A DNA stretch of 64,000 bases from Haliotis rubra (GCF_003918875.1 NW_025767468.1:1550001-1614000), one strand, 5' to 3'; shown: positions 50,665 to 63,852, counted from the first letter of the stretch. Numbers and translations are program-made. The notes: generated from the sequence alone by a model not told the origin.

Positions 50665-53600
50665 ATGGCTTCATTGAAGGTACGTTCGCAGAGAGATAGA
50701 AATCAAACTTTTATTTACAGCTTGTTGTGTTATATGTATGGTGCGATTTATCTACACAAACTGTAAACACTTACAGCAGTGATATGTAGTAGATATTGCA
50801 CGATGTGTGAAGGCCACTCTCTAGTGCACACATTGTTCGTGTCTGACAGCCTAAGACTATTCCCTGTACATCGAAAAACTTGGATATTTACTCATTAATT
50901 ACTGATTTCACATTTTGTGTCTTCTGTTGAAATAACAGTCGGATTTTTGATTACGAAATGTTCACATTATGAAATGGGTTTGAAGCCGAAAAAACTAGAA
51001 CTGAATCAGTGCGCATCTTAGATTCGAACCCATAGGCGGATCCAGGAATTTTTAGGGGGTGGGGTGTGTGTGTGTGTGTGTGTCAGGGGGTTCAGCTCCG
51101 CCAGTGCAAAACATTAACTGTGGTCTTATGTGGTCTTAAGTCATTTTCAAAAGGGGGAGTCGAAACACACCCACTCATCCCCCCAACCCCAACCCCTAAC
51201 CCCCGGATCCGGCAATGGAACCAACGATCATACGTTTCCAGAACACCAACGGGGGGCAACTCTGCACAGTGAACATACTCCGAACACTCTTCAAACACAT
51301 GTTGGTCGAACCGGAAGTGACCCTTTTCAATTTATCTCTGCAGTATACTACCAGCATATAAATCTTTCTACATGATGTTCTGAAACGATTTCATTCAAAT
51401 AATATACTATATTCTTTCCTTTTGCAGAATTTGGCCCTGGTCCTCTCTATAGTTCAGCTAACCTGTGCGATCGGTATGTTTGAATGAGTTGTGCCGTGGA
51501 GGTTAAAGTAATCTCTCATTGTACCAACTATTACTATTAAACAAGCTAATTCAAGCGGATACACCTCCTGGAAACATGATGGGAAGGGGTACATTACACG
51601 ATAACAAAACTTTGTCAACCAATAATTAGTCTTTTACCTTTTTGATTGTTTGTTTGTTTTGGTTTTGTTTTGTTTTTTCAGTCACCATAAATATTATTCC
51701 TGAAAAAAGAGGGAGATTGGATGATCGAAAGCCTAATATTAAAATCCGGGAGTTACCTTAGCGTTTAGGTCCGTTTTTACAAGGGCCCCCTGCCCCCTTC
51801 ATCCACGAGAGGGGTGGTGGGGTAGCCTTGTGGTTAAAGCGTTCGCTCGCCCAGGTTCGATTCCCCACATTGGCACAATGTGTGAAGCCCATTTCTGGTG
51901 TTCCTAGCCGTGATGTTGCTGGAATATTGCTGACAGCGGCGTAAAACTAAAGTCACTCACTCACTCATCCACCAGATCTACATACTCGCAAATAAAAACA
52001 ACAACACCATCCTCAACTTCTCATGATACAAATTATACTTACTAAACGTGTACACGACATTTTATCAGTAGAACAAAGGACTGACTGACTGACTGAGTGT
52101 GGTTTTACGCCGCTTTTAGCAATATTCCAGCAACATCACGGCGGGGGACACCATAAATGGGCTTCATACATTGTACCCATGTGGGGATTCGAACCCGGGT
52201 CTTCGGCGTGACGAGCCAACGCTTTAACCACTAGGCTACCCCACCGCCCCTAGAACAAAGGAACTGGTAAATGTAAAATGCCAAGTATCAGTCAATGCAT
52301 TGTCTTTGTACAATGCTTCTCAACGTTTAGCTGTGATCTGGAGGCGCACTTCCTCCTGTGAAACTGATCTTCCACAGAGTTCTTAACACTCGACCATCTT
52401 CGGAGTCGAACTTCGCCAGATGTCCAGGCCACGGCGGCCACTGACCTCATCAGGAGGATCGTGGGGGACAGATCCTCAGACTTCGACATCAACGTCGACC
52501 CCACCAGTGGCCCCGCAGACAGGGACACCTTTACAGTGAGTTTACATTTCATGTGTTTGAAGGGAATACAACAACGCCGTGCTACTGTGTCAATGGTGGA
52601 AGGGTGAGTTTGATGCCGCAACAGTTATTCAGTTTGACAGAGCTGTTTAGTATCGAACGAGGGACCACATTGTGCAAAATCGCAAGCCTGACTCTGAGAA
52701 GAATGAACATAGGTTTGAAGCTTACTACATCAGGGGGTTAATGCGCTACATCCCAATATCAAATTTTCAAGATTAGACTCATAGTGACGAAAAACATTAT
52801 TTACCAAAGCCTGTTCGTCTCCCCGCGCCGCCATCTTTGACGATTTGTATGCCGTTTCGGGATGTTATGACTGCCGTTTTGTACGCTTACGACCGTTCAG
52901 TTTTGAGGATTTGTTCACCGTCTGTATGGTGGGCCTGAATTGACTTGTATTTGCATGTGTTTTGACATGGTGGCAAGTGGAATATCGGCAAACATCTTTT
53001 CTGTATGTAATAGCCTATCATGGTCAGAGTCACCTATAGTCCCAAACCCCGGTACCCGCTTGTACCAATCTTCCCGTGTAATTTAAGGCGGAAAATTGCC
53101 TTGCCTTGTGGCAAATGGAACATCGGCAAATCCCGCCTCTTTTCCTACTAAACAATGGCCCATCGCGTTCAGAGTGACTAATTAATAGTCCTTTTGTTTC
53201 AGCTGGTACAGTCGGGGCAGAAGCTGTCCATCACAGGGACCAGTGGTGTGGCGGTTGCCATGGGATTCTACTATTACATCAAGTACTACTGTGGGGGTCA
53301 GTTCACCTGGGCGGGGCAACAGATCGCCCTGCCAGCAGAATTACCTAAAGTGTCCGCGGTTACTATAACCTCCAATGACAGGTGCGTGGAAGCCCGATAG
53401 ACTTACCACAGATAGGCGACATAGGCTGATAGGCCAGACTAATGTCTATTATGTATTGCAGGTATTCAAGATAAGGCTATTCAAGCGGTTTGGATAATGA
53501 AATACAGATATGAAAACCAAACTGCCCAAGCGATGCTACTTTGAAAATCCGGTTTAGAATTGGTCTAAGGCAACCCATGCTTGTCTTAAGAGTTAAGACA

Positions 53601-56600
53601 CTTTTAACCGAATCGGGTGGTCAGTCTTGATGACCGTGTCATGTCACCGTATCCCGATTGGACAGATCATTGCCCATGATGTCCGTCATTGGATTATCTG
53701 ATCCACTCTCAAGCATTTATGGCTCTAACATATAAACGTTGTATTTGGTATTACGTGTTCTAAGTAAAGTACAGATTCTAATACTTTTGTTAAGTCCCAT
53801 CCGGGATTCGAACCCACACCCTCAGAGTCAGGCACCTAATCGCCAGCACACAAATCGCCTAACCCGCTCAGCCACCAGATGGGACTCAACCCAACAGACG
53901 TACTAGAATATGTACTTTACTAAGAAAGTGTAATCCCAAATATAACATATGCTACATTTGGCCACTGTTTAAATTGCATTGTGTGTTCATTTATGGATCT
54001 ATTTAAGCAGCAAACACACAATTACCAAGCTAAACACACAAACCACGCACGTTATGCTGGCACCTCACCTCACCTCATCAATTTGCAGGTTCCGGTACTA
54101 CCAGAATGTCTGCACTGTCAGTTACTCCTTCGCCTGGTGGGACTGGGACCAGTGGGAACGTCATATAGACTGGATGGCCTTGCAGGGAATCAACCTGCCT
54201 CTGGCCTTCACGGGACAGGAGGCCATCTTTCAGAGGGTAGGTAGACTGGATGGCCTTGCAGGGAATCAACCTGCCTCTGGCCTTCACGGGACAGGAGGCA
54301 TCTTTCAGAGGGTAAGTAGACAGCAGGGCCTTGCAGGGAATCAACCTGCCTCTGGCCTTCACGGGACAGGAGGCCATCTTTCAGAGGGTAGGTAGACGGG
54401 GTGGCCTTGCAGGGAATCAACCTGCCATTGGCCTTCACGGGACAAGGAGGCCATCTTTCAGAGGGTAAGTTGACTGGATGGCCTTACAGGGTATCAACCT
54501 GCCATTGGCCTTCACGGGACAGGAGGCCATGTTTCAGAGGGTAAGTAGACGGGATGGCCTTACAGGGTATCAACCTGCCATTGGCCTTCACAGGACAGGA
54601 GGCCATGTTCCAGAAGGTATGTAGACAGCAGGGCCTTGTAAGCATCAACCTGCTATTGGCCTTCACAGGACAGGAGGCCATCTTCGAGAGGGTAAGTAGA
54701 CTGGACGGCCTTGCAGGGAATCAACCTGCCATTGGCCTTCAGACAGGAGGCCATCTTCCAGAGGGTAAGTAGACTGGGTGGCCTTGCATTGAATCAACCT
54801 GCCATTATTCTTTACAGGACACAGGTAGTAGAACAGATGGCCTTCACAAAGCGTGTGTTGTTTAAGGGCTAAAGTTTAACTAGTGTGGGTAACAGCAGAT
54901 GTATGTGGTGTATCTTAGCATTACGTTGTTGCAGAAAGTATAATGTATCTGAGATTGCTTTATCTACCATTGATCTTTAGGTCTATTTGTCAATGGGCTT
55001 CACGGTGCAAGATATGGAGGCTCATTTCGGCGGCCCAGCATTCTTAGCTTGGTATGAATATTTTTCCTTCATATGTAGATATATACATATCAGCATCGTC
55101 ATCCCCGATACCCCTAAACTAAACTAAACTAAATATGTCACAGGATCTTTCCACCAGTGATGACACCCTAATAGGTTCAGAAGGTCCGAAGCCGATTATA
55201 AATAAAATCAAACAATTTGCTCACGACAAATATCATCCTCATCAAATAAAAAACATGTCGTATTTTTACACGTCAATATCTCATGACAAGGTCAAGGATG
55301 GGAAACATACGTGGCTTTGGCGGCCCTCTGCCTGAATATTGGATGGACAGACAGTTGGCTCTCCAGCACAAGATACTGGACCGGATGAGGTCACTTGGCA
55401 TTATTCCAGTACTTCCGGGTTTTGCCGGACATGTGCCAGCCGCCATTACAAGGTAATCCTCGTGGTTTGCCAATACATTAATAGACTTTAAGTGAAAATT
55501 CTTTTATCAAATCACGTAAATATAATTATTTATTTTCTATGCTTTAGGGAAAAATCCAAACAATGCCTCATGAAAAGTTCAATGAAAACAAATTTAAACT
55601 TTATTTAAGTTTCAATATACAACCATGAATACATCTGTAAGATTGTGATTCTTAAGTTGCCCTTGCATGTTTATGCACGTACGTTATCTTACAACGTGTT
55701 TGTTTATTGTCGCGATAACAATATTTTGTAGGCATTCATTTATATATTGCCTTACGGTCGCCATTACAATGCCGTTGTTTTAATTAATTTCTTCATGTTT
55801 CATAAACACTTTTTTCAGAGTGTTCCCCAAAGCCAATGTGACTCGACTCGGGAGCTGGGCTAACTTCAATGCCAATTATTCAGAGTAAGTTTCTTCACGT
55901 CAATGTGGGTTCTCTCCCTACATATCTACTGACAAGGTCATCATTACTTAATCATCATATGACAGAAAAATAATCATTATATATAGTATAGCGTTGTATA
56001 TGGTTGCAGGCAGATAATGTTTTTTGTATTTTTGGGGACAGCAGATGTGATAACAGCTGGTTTCTCGTCCTTATTTCTTTCAGAACCTACCTACTGGATT
56101 TCAATGACCCTCTGTTTACTACAATCGGTTCCAAGTTCATCAAGGCCGTATGTTTCACTTAAATTATGTTGGTTTCAATCTCGTTCAGTAGCATTCGTCA
56201 CCACTCGCCCCTTTCCGTAACCTCCAAGAACACTCGCTATTCGGCTTATCCCGGAATAACACGAGTTGGTCACGGATGTTCAGAAGAGGTCCACATGTGA
56301 CGTAGTTCGCGCTGTCTTTATGTTTGGGCCGTCGCTGTATAGGGCGGCTTTTCACCACCCTCCGTGGTTACGCCTGTGATCGCAGATGGGGTAGCCTAGT
56401 GGTTAAAGCGTCCGCTCGTCACGCCGAAGACCCGGGTTCGATTACCCGCATGGGTACAATGTGTGGAGCACATTTCTGGTGTCCCCCACCGTGATATTGC
56501 TGGAATGTTGCTAAAAGCGGCGTAAAACCATAGTCAGTCGGTCAGCTGAAGGTGCCTGGTTATGTTTCTATGTTTGTCGGCACAAGTGTTAAACGTCCTC

Positions 56601-59600
56601 TCCATCCACATTAAGCAGGCATAACTGGAATATGTTGAAAGCGGCGTTGCGCCAAACACACTCATTACCCGATTAGACCACATCGGTACTACCAGATATT
56701 GGCACGAACGGATTAGGGTATATTGGTGCCATCTTGTGGCTATGGTGCGCACCGTAACTAGGACGTGGTACCAGTATGTTTGCTTATTCACAGATGGAGG
56801 CCGAGTTTGGCATTGATCATATCTACAACGCAGATAGTTTCAACGAGATGACGCCAGCTTCGAGGTGAGTTTGTGTGCATGTGAGTGTTATAGGCCGGCT
56901 CTGTGATGTCATAGATATACCTCCTTCCTGGAGTAGTGCTGGGAATTGGTTAAATTCTCATAATTGATGATTGATTCATTACAACCGATCAATCATCGAA
57001 AATAATTGGTTAGCGTCGTTTATGAAATCTTCCTGATTATTTTTGTTAATGGACAAACAATTAAAGAAAAATACATGTAGTTCTTTGGTGTTTTTGCAAA
57101 TTGCACAAAATGCATTTGCAAATTTCACATTTTTGAGGATAACTAGTAGGTTAGGAACATCATATTCTTGGAGTCTTTAAGATAAATTCAACCATGACTG
57201 TGAACGAGCTTGTAGTGGTCATGAAATGTAACAGACATTCATTCTGGAACACTTGTTTTCATTAACAATATTTTTCACATGGTTGGTTTGTCTGTTACAT
57301 TTCGTAAGCACTGCAAGCTCGTTTCAAGTCATGATTAAATTTATCTTACAGATTCCAAGAAATTTATGTTCCCAACATACTAGTCAACCTTTAAAGATGT
57401 TAAAAAATTGCCAAAAAAACCCTTAAAGAACTACATGTTTTTTTCCTTATTTTTATGTGCATTAACAAATTTCATAAATGACACTAACCAATTATTTTCG
57501 ATGATTGATCGGTAGTAATGAACCAATCATTAATTAGGAGATTTGAACCAATTCCCAACACTAGTGTATACCACTCACAAACAGGCGCAGTGTCATCTTA
57601 TTGACGTCATTGTTTATGGTCAATTTAGATATACAAAAGGGAGGGTCAGTATTAAAACCAACTCTACCCCTCAAAAGAAGTAAGATAACACACACTTGTT
57701 TCATATCACATTCATGACTGTAATGGAACCTTGGACAGGACCATAAATCGGGTGGTCCTTAAATTATTTTGAGTGATATATGTAGGACTGGAGTGTGTTG
57801 GTTTCAGCGACCCAGCGTACTTGGCCTCGGCGGCACGAGGGGTGTATAACGCCATGGTTGCTGGAGATTCACAGGCTATTTGGTGAGGACAGTCGTAGTT
57901 CCATAACAACTTTCATCCTGTACACCAGTCGTCGTTCTTGTGTTTGTTAAAATAATTTTCGTTTGTTTGTTTTAATTACATTATTTATTCTCATGTCATA
58001 ATTAATTATTGATGATATATAACGCTTAAGTATCTCCAAGTGCTGAAGGTGTATATACACTGCGCATCATCATAGCTAGTACGTAGGGCTAAGACCGGCT
58101 TAGTACGCTGCAGTAGATTAGCCTTCCACTGTTATACCAACAGGTTGATGCAGGGCTGGCTGTTTGTGTTCGGAACTTTCTGGAAGGATCCTCAAATCAA
58201 GGCCCTTCTTACCGCTGTGCCAAAGGTTATTAACACTAAATATTATATTACTGTCCAGTCGAGAGGAGGAGAGACATTCGCCATTGTTTCTTGAGAAAGT
58301 ACACGCGAAGGAAGTTTCGTCAGTGAGTGAGTTTAGTTTTACGCCGCACTCAACTATTGTTGGACATGCTCTACTTCAAGTGGACTGCATGACAAATAAA
58401 AGTAAATGGTTGTAGGTATCAAGTAATCATTGGTTGGTTGGTTGTTAAACGCCGTTCTGAACAAAATTCCAGCTAAATCTCGGCTGTCTGGAAATAATCA
58501 AGTCTGGGCCAGACAATCCAGTGATCAACAGCATGAGCATCTATCTACTCAATTAAGAATCGATGATCTTACCGAGCTAACCCGGATCTTCACGGGTATT
58601 TTCGTCAGTACAGTACAAGATGATATTCCTAATTACCTATGATTACATAGAAACCAATTCTCACAATGATACCAAGTATTTCAATGAATGTTACGTTTGT
58701 AATAAGAAGCGACACAAATGTGGATTGTATGGTCACAATGGACTATGGTTATTTGTTACGTTTGGTTTCCGTCGCTATCCACTCACTTCAAAATAGAAAA
58801 TCAATCAATCGACAGGGCAAGATGATTATCCTGGATCTGTACTCCGAGCAGACCCCAATCTTCCCCCGCACCCACTCCTACTACGGTCAACCATTCATCT
58901 GGTGCATGATGCATAATTCTGGCGGACATAACGACATGTACGGCGAGCTGGACAAGATCAACCAGGTAACTCTGTAGCATCTGTTTGATTCTAGATCCGC
59001 ATAGTAGCTCCAACAGTTAACGGCATCAATAAATAGTCTGTAATGAGACTTTTAGAGATTTTACTCGCGCTTTCGGTGGAACCGACTTAACACGGTCCAA
59101 TGACCAATACTGAAGGTGACGACATATTAAGCAACGGCGTACACGGATTTGCGGATGAGTGAGTGAGTTTGGTGTTACGCCGCTGTTAGCAATTTGCCCG
59201 CAATATCACGGCGGGGGACACCAGAAATGGACTTCACAAATTGTACCCATGTGGGGAATCGTACCCGGTGACGAGCGAATGCTTTAACCACTAGGTTGCC
59301 CCTCCGCCCAATTTGCGGATGAGCTGGGTCACATACACATTTTACCCCTTAAGGGTTTGAGAAAAGGTCCTCAGGGTCTTAGTGGCTGTCGGTGCATTGG
59401 GGTAGCCTAATGGTTAGAGTCCAAGGTTCGACTTCCCATATGGGTACAATGCCTGGAATCCATTGTCACATTTCGTATACTCCCTGCTTTTAAAATTGTT
59501 TGTAAATTTATAATACACCAAATCTATAACCTAAACCTTGTTCAAAACATAACATAAACCCGGTTTGTGAATGAGTGAGTGAGTGAGTTTAGTTTTACGC

Positions 59601-62600
59601 CGCACTCAGCAATATTCCAGCTATATGGCGGCTGGTCGGTGAATGAGTGAGTGGGTTTATTTTTACGCCGCACTCAGCAATATTCCAGCAATATGGCGGC
59701 TGGTCAGTGAATGAGTCAGTGAGTTTATTTTTACGCCGCACTCAGCAATATTCCATCTATATGACGGCTGGTCAGTGAATGAAAACAAAGTGTCACTGCT
59801 CATCCTCAAGATCGCCAATATCTTTAAGCTAGAGTTTAACGTTGCAGGGTCCATCAGCTGGCCGGTCCTTCCCTAACAGCACCATGGTGGGCACAGGTCT
59901 CACCCCAGAGGGCATCAACCAGAACGAGGTCATGTACGAGTTTATGAATGAACAGGGGTGGAGGCCAGGACCTGTCAACACAACCGAGTGGTGAGATGTT
60001 CGAAGACTGATTAGAATTGTGCGTTGATCGGAACAGCTTAAACATATGCACACATACTTGCAAAATGTGTCTTTCTTTTGTCGTTTAACATAAATATTCA
60101 TGTAAAGTCAGTCCTGAAATCAATTTCATAGCAATCTGGCCTGTCTGGTCAAGGATAGCCGACCTGTTTGAATCATTAGACAACAGTTACTGCAGAATTT
60201 CTATTTTTGTCAGGGGCGGTGGGGCAGCCTAGTGGTTAAAGCGTTAGCTCGTCACGCCGAACACCCGGGTTCGATTTCCCACATGGGTACAATGTGTGAA
60301 GCCCATTTCTGGTGTCCCCCGCCGTGATATTGCTGGAATATTGCTAAAAGCGGCGTAAAACTAAACTGTCTCTCTCTCTATTTTTGTCAAACACATATAG
60401 CTGGAGTACTGTAGACATCAGCGTTTCATAACAAACCTGTGATCTGAACAACGTAATGCTATTTATACTACCTCGTGTTTTAACATGTTTCCAGGATAGA
60501 TCAGTATCAAGCACAGCGATACGGGGGAGGCAACACGAACACTTCCGCCGCCTGGGGTTATCTCAGGGTAGGTGTCGTGTTAGAATACCACTGTGAAGAA
60601 TCCATGACAAAATAAGTTCCCTGAAATACCTCATGTTTATCTGACGTGCATGAGTGCTAACTCAGAGCTCAGATAGCTACTTCAGCTTAGAGTGAGTGAG
60701 GTGGGATTACTACTTTGGCCAGTATTCGAGTTTTACCACAGTGTGTCAGCTAAAGGGACGAAATCTCGAAATATACCCGAGGTCTCTCACACAGTTATTG
60801 GGGCGGTGGGGCAGCCTGGTGGTTAAATCGTCCGCTCGTCACGCCGAAGACCCGTGTTCCAATCCCCACATGAGTACAATGTGTGAAGCCTATTTGTGGT
60901 GTCCCCCGCTGTGATATTGCTGGAATATTGCTAAAAGCGACGTGAAACCATACTCACTCACACAGTTACCACTTTTTAGAAAGCCAAAATCACGACTGTA
61001 GTGCTGACAAACTTTGAAACAAAATGAGCAAATCTGGAAGCGAACAGACAGCCATCGATTTCCGGCATGGGTACGCAACTCTGCGGCGCCTCGAGTGGGC
61101 TACCTATGCCCCAGCTTACTATGAACATGCGAGCAACTACGATTTAAGGCTGTGTTGAGCAATATTCAAACCTGATAACCACTAAACATAAGAAGCATTT
61201 GACTGTGAGCATCTTATTAAACAATTCCTTCTGTTTTCCTTTAGCAAAGCGTCTACTCGTCGGGGCCTTCTGGTGTCACCATCATTCACCGGCCGTCTAT
61301 AGGCAGCCACGAAACGGTGAGAACATGCAGCCAGGCTCGGAACATATGTTTGTTGTTATACTATATCTGCACTATCCACGTATCTTTACTATCCACGCAT
61401 CTCCACTATCCACGTATCTGCACTATCCACGTATCTTCACTATCCATGTAGCTGCACTATCAACGTATCTGCACTATCCATGTATCTCCACTATCCATGC
61501 AACTGCACTATCCACGTATCTGCACTATCCATGTATCTCCACTATCTGCACTATCCACGTATCTCCCCTATCCATGTATCTCCACTATCCACGCATCTCC
61601 ATTATCCTTCGTATCTTCACTATTCCCGTATTTCCATTATCCACGTATCTTCACTATCCACGTATCTCCACTTTCCACGTATCTCCACCTTCCACGTATC
61701 TCCACTATCCACGTATCTGCACGATCCGAGCATCTCCACTATCCACGTACCTGCACTATCCACGTATCTCCACTATCAACGTATCTCAACTTTCCACGTA
61801 TCTCCACTATCCATGTATCTGCACTATCCACGTATCTCCACTTTCCACGTATCTCCACTATCCATGCAACTGCACTATCCACGCATCTCCATTATCCTTC
61901 GTATCTTCACTATTCCCGTATTTCCATTATCCACGTATCTTCACTATCCACGTATCTCCACTTTCCACGTATCTCCACCTTCCACGTATCTCCACTATCC
62001 ACGTATCTGCACTATCCGAGCATCTCCACTATTCCCGTATCTCCATTATCCACGTATCTCCACTATCCATGAACCTGCACTATCCACTTATCTCCACTAT
62101 CCACATATCTGTACTATCCAGGCATCTCCACTATCATTGTACCTGCACTATCCACGCATCTCCACTGTCCACGTATCTCCACTATCCTTGCATCTGCACT
62201 AACCGCGCATGTCCACTATCCACGTATCTTCACTATCCATGCATCTGCACTATCCACGTATCTCCGCTATCCTTCGTATCTTCACTCTTCACTATTCCCG
62301 TATCTCCACTATCCACGTATCTTCCCTAGCCAGGTATCTTTACTATTCCCGTATCTCCACTATCCACGTTGTCCACACTAGCCAAGTATCTTTACTATCA
62401 TAACGAAACCGCAAACTTCGTTAAACATCGTTCCTCTACTGACCTGAAATGTTTAGGTTCAAAGGGGACCTTCTCCCATTAAGGTTAATGTTAAACGTTG
62501 GGGTATATTTTCTTCTATGTTTTGATTATTTATATGTTTCAGTCAAATAAAAACAAAATTCGCATTATATATCGATTGTATATTTACATATATGACATAC

Positions 62601-63829
62601 CTGATTGTCCCTGGCAAAAGTGGAGTAGTATAAATCCTTCATTGTTGACGCCGTGTAGATGGGCTACGATCCCGAGATGTTGTACAAGGCGTGGGACAAT
62701 ATGGTGGCCGCCACGTTTACAACGCCGGCGCTCCATGCACAAACTCTGTTCAGGTGAGTGTCATCCGAAGGTGCGGGTAAGAGTTAGAAGAAGATCCCTG
62801 CAACGCATGCTGATGGTAAAAGCGACTAAATGGTTCGGGAGCACTTTGGAGGCTTGTTTGAAGCGTACTACGGTGAGAATCGTTGCTGATGATCACTGGA
62901 TTGTCGTGTCCAGGCTTGATTATTACCAGTGACCCGTCACATCGTTAAGTGTGGCGTTCAATAACAAAAAAACATGATTCAGCCCTAAGCAACAATACAT
63001 GAACACATGGATGTTTTTCAGGTACGACCTGGTTGACGTGTCCAGGAACAGCTTGCAGGTGCTCGCCATCAAATACTACTCTGATGTCATCGCAGCCTAC
63101 AACAAGAGCGACACAGCCAGTCTCAGGTAGGACAGACCCGAGTTCGATTCCCAAATGGGTACAATGCGTGAAGCCCATTTCTGGTGTCCCCATATTGTTG
63201 GAATATTGTTAAAAGCGGCGTAAAACTAACACTCACTCACTGATTCAGGTAGGGCAAGGCTGTATACAGATATATCCAAGCATAGTTGGGTATCAATAAC
63301 TGCTAGAAGGAATTTGTTGTGAAGCATTCGTCGAATCTACTGGACTATTGTACCAGTACCATTTGCTTAAATAACTGATTCACTGTAAAAAGGGACTTTT
63401 AAACTTCGCCGATTAACTCTAATGACCACTTTGCTCAGGACTCTTCGTCTTTGAGGGGTTTCCTATCTCCATACACGTTACGTCCTTTACTGCCAATGTG
63501 ACATTTTCAATCACTTAAACTCGATGACACTAGCTTGTTTTCCAAGTACTCATAGATTGATTTATTATGCATGTGATCAGAAATCAGTCAAAAGAACACT
63601 TAAATCAGGATCCAAGCTACATAAGAAAATATATAATGTGCATAGATCTGCTGGCGCCAAGATGATCGACCTTCTGAGTGACCTTGACACACTCCTGGCT
63701 ACTGACGTTCACTTCCTGCTGGGCACGTGGACCAGTGACGCGGCAAGACACTTCTCCACACCCCAGGAGAAGGCCTTGTATGACTACAACTCGAGGAACC
63801 AGGTCACCCTGTGGGGGCCGTCTGGACAG
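50665..63829 (+). CDS. NAGLU: Alpha-N-acetylglucosaminidase (GH89), 19 coding exons in window (653 codons), 3' end beyond window
   Basis: Phase-consistent GT-AG exons: 50665-50679, 51428-51473, 52378-52535, 53203-53381, 54089-54236, 54981-55051, 55291-55452, 55819-55884, 56084-56147, 56794-56864, 57808-57882, 58144-58225, 58816-58965, 59848-59990, 60495-60567, 61245-61316, 62659-62753, 63022-63126, 63646-63829. Signal peptide [19 protein letters not shown]; [35 protein letters not shown], catalytic DSFNEM and [13 protein letters not shown]. Confidence 0.96.
51032..51217. mobile_element. hAT-like MITE (ggcggatcc termini)
   Basis: cataggcggatccagg ... ccggatccggcaatg with G-rich and C-rich arms. 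Confidence 0.55.
51810..51966 (+). mobile_element. SINE family A
   Basis: Family match; flanking tcatccac repeat. Confidence 0.85.
52085..52250 (-). mobile_element. SINE family A
   Basis: Full length; TSD tagaacaaagga. Confidence 0.92.
53749..53937 (-). mobile_element. tRNA-derived (Pol III A/B box) segment enclosed by inverted repeats
   Basis: Minus strand tggctgagcgg (A box) and ggttcgaatcc (B box); 37-bp flanking inverted repeats, 30/37 identical. Confidence 0.6.
54168..54830 (+). repeat. ~76-bp tandem array of the NAGLU exon 5 3' end plus splice donor (8 units and a partial)
   Basis: Unit gactggatggccttgcagggaatcaacctgcc...gccatctttcagagg|gta(a/g)gta. Confidence 0.95.
56388..56540 (+). 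mobile_element. SINE family A
   Basis: Family match. Confidence 0.88.
56934..57563. mobile_element. Long fold-back MITE
   Basis: Roughly 280-300-bp imperfect arms (tagtgctgggaattggtt... / ...aaccaattcccaacacta) with a ~50-bp spacer; no TSD recognisable. Confidence 0.85.
58324..58597 (-). mobile_element. Composite SINE B copy with captured flank and second tail
   Basis: Shares diagnostic variants and ~75 bp of 3' flank with the copy at 49663-49955. Confidence 0.85.
59156..59289 (-). mobile_element. SINE family A
   Basis: TSD atttgcggatgag. Confidence 0.9.
59568..59782 (-). repeat. Three tandem copies of the SINE B tail (~70 bp)
   Basis: gtgaatgagt...ttttacgccgcactcagcaatattcca..atatg.cggctggtc three times. 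Confidence 0.9.
60213..60378 (+). mobile_element. SINE family A (near consensus)
   Basis: tRNA-Asp-like head (gtcacgccgaa.acccgggttcgatt); TSD tctatttttgtca. Confidence 0.92.
60800..60960 (+). mobile_element. SINE family A
   Basis: TSD cacacagtta. Confidence 0.88.
61363..62400. repeat. 16-bp minisatellite (cactatccacgtatct(c/g)c) with higher-order blocks
   Basis: Seen directly; explains ORFs 61199..62329, 61480..62202 and 61497..62072. Confidence 0.95.
63135..63242 (+). mobile_element. 5'-truncated SINE family A next to the NAGLU exon 18 donor
   Basis: TSD tcaggtagg(a/g)ca. Confidence 0.85.
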
Positions 63830-63852
63830 GTTTGTTTGTTTTTTACTGCTCT

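Noticed and set aside
60213-60295. tRNA-Asp gene
   Set aside because: No acceptor stem; continues into SINE body and tail with TSDs; about 20 diverged copies
61199-62329. 376-aa and overlapping repetitive ORFs
   Set aside because: 16-bp minisatellite in a NAGLU intron; the real exon 16 uses a different frame
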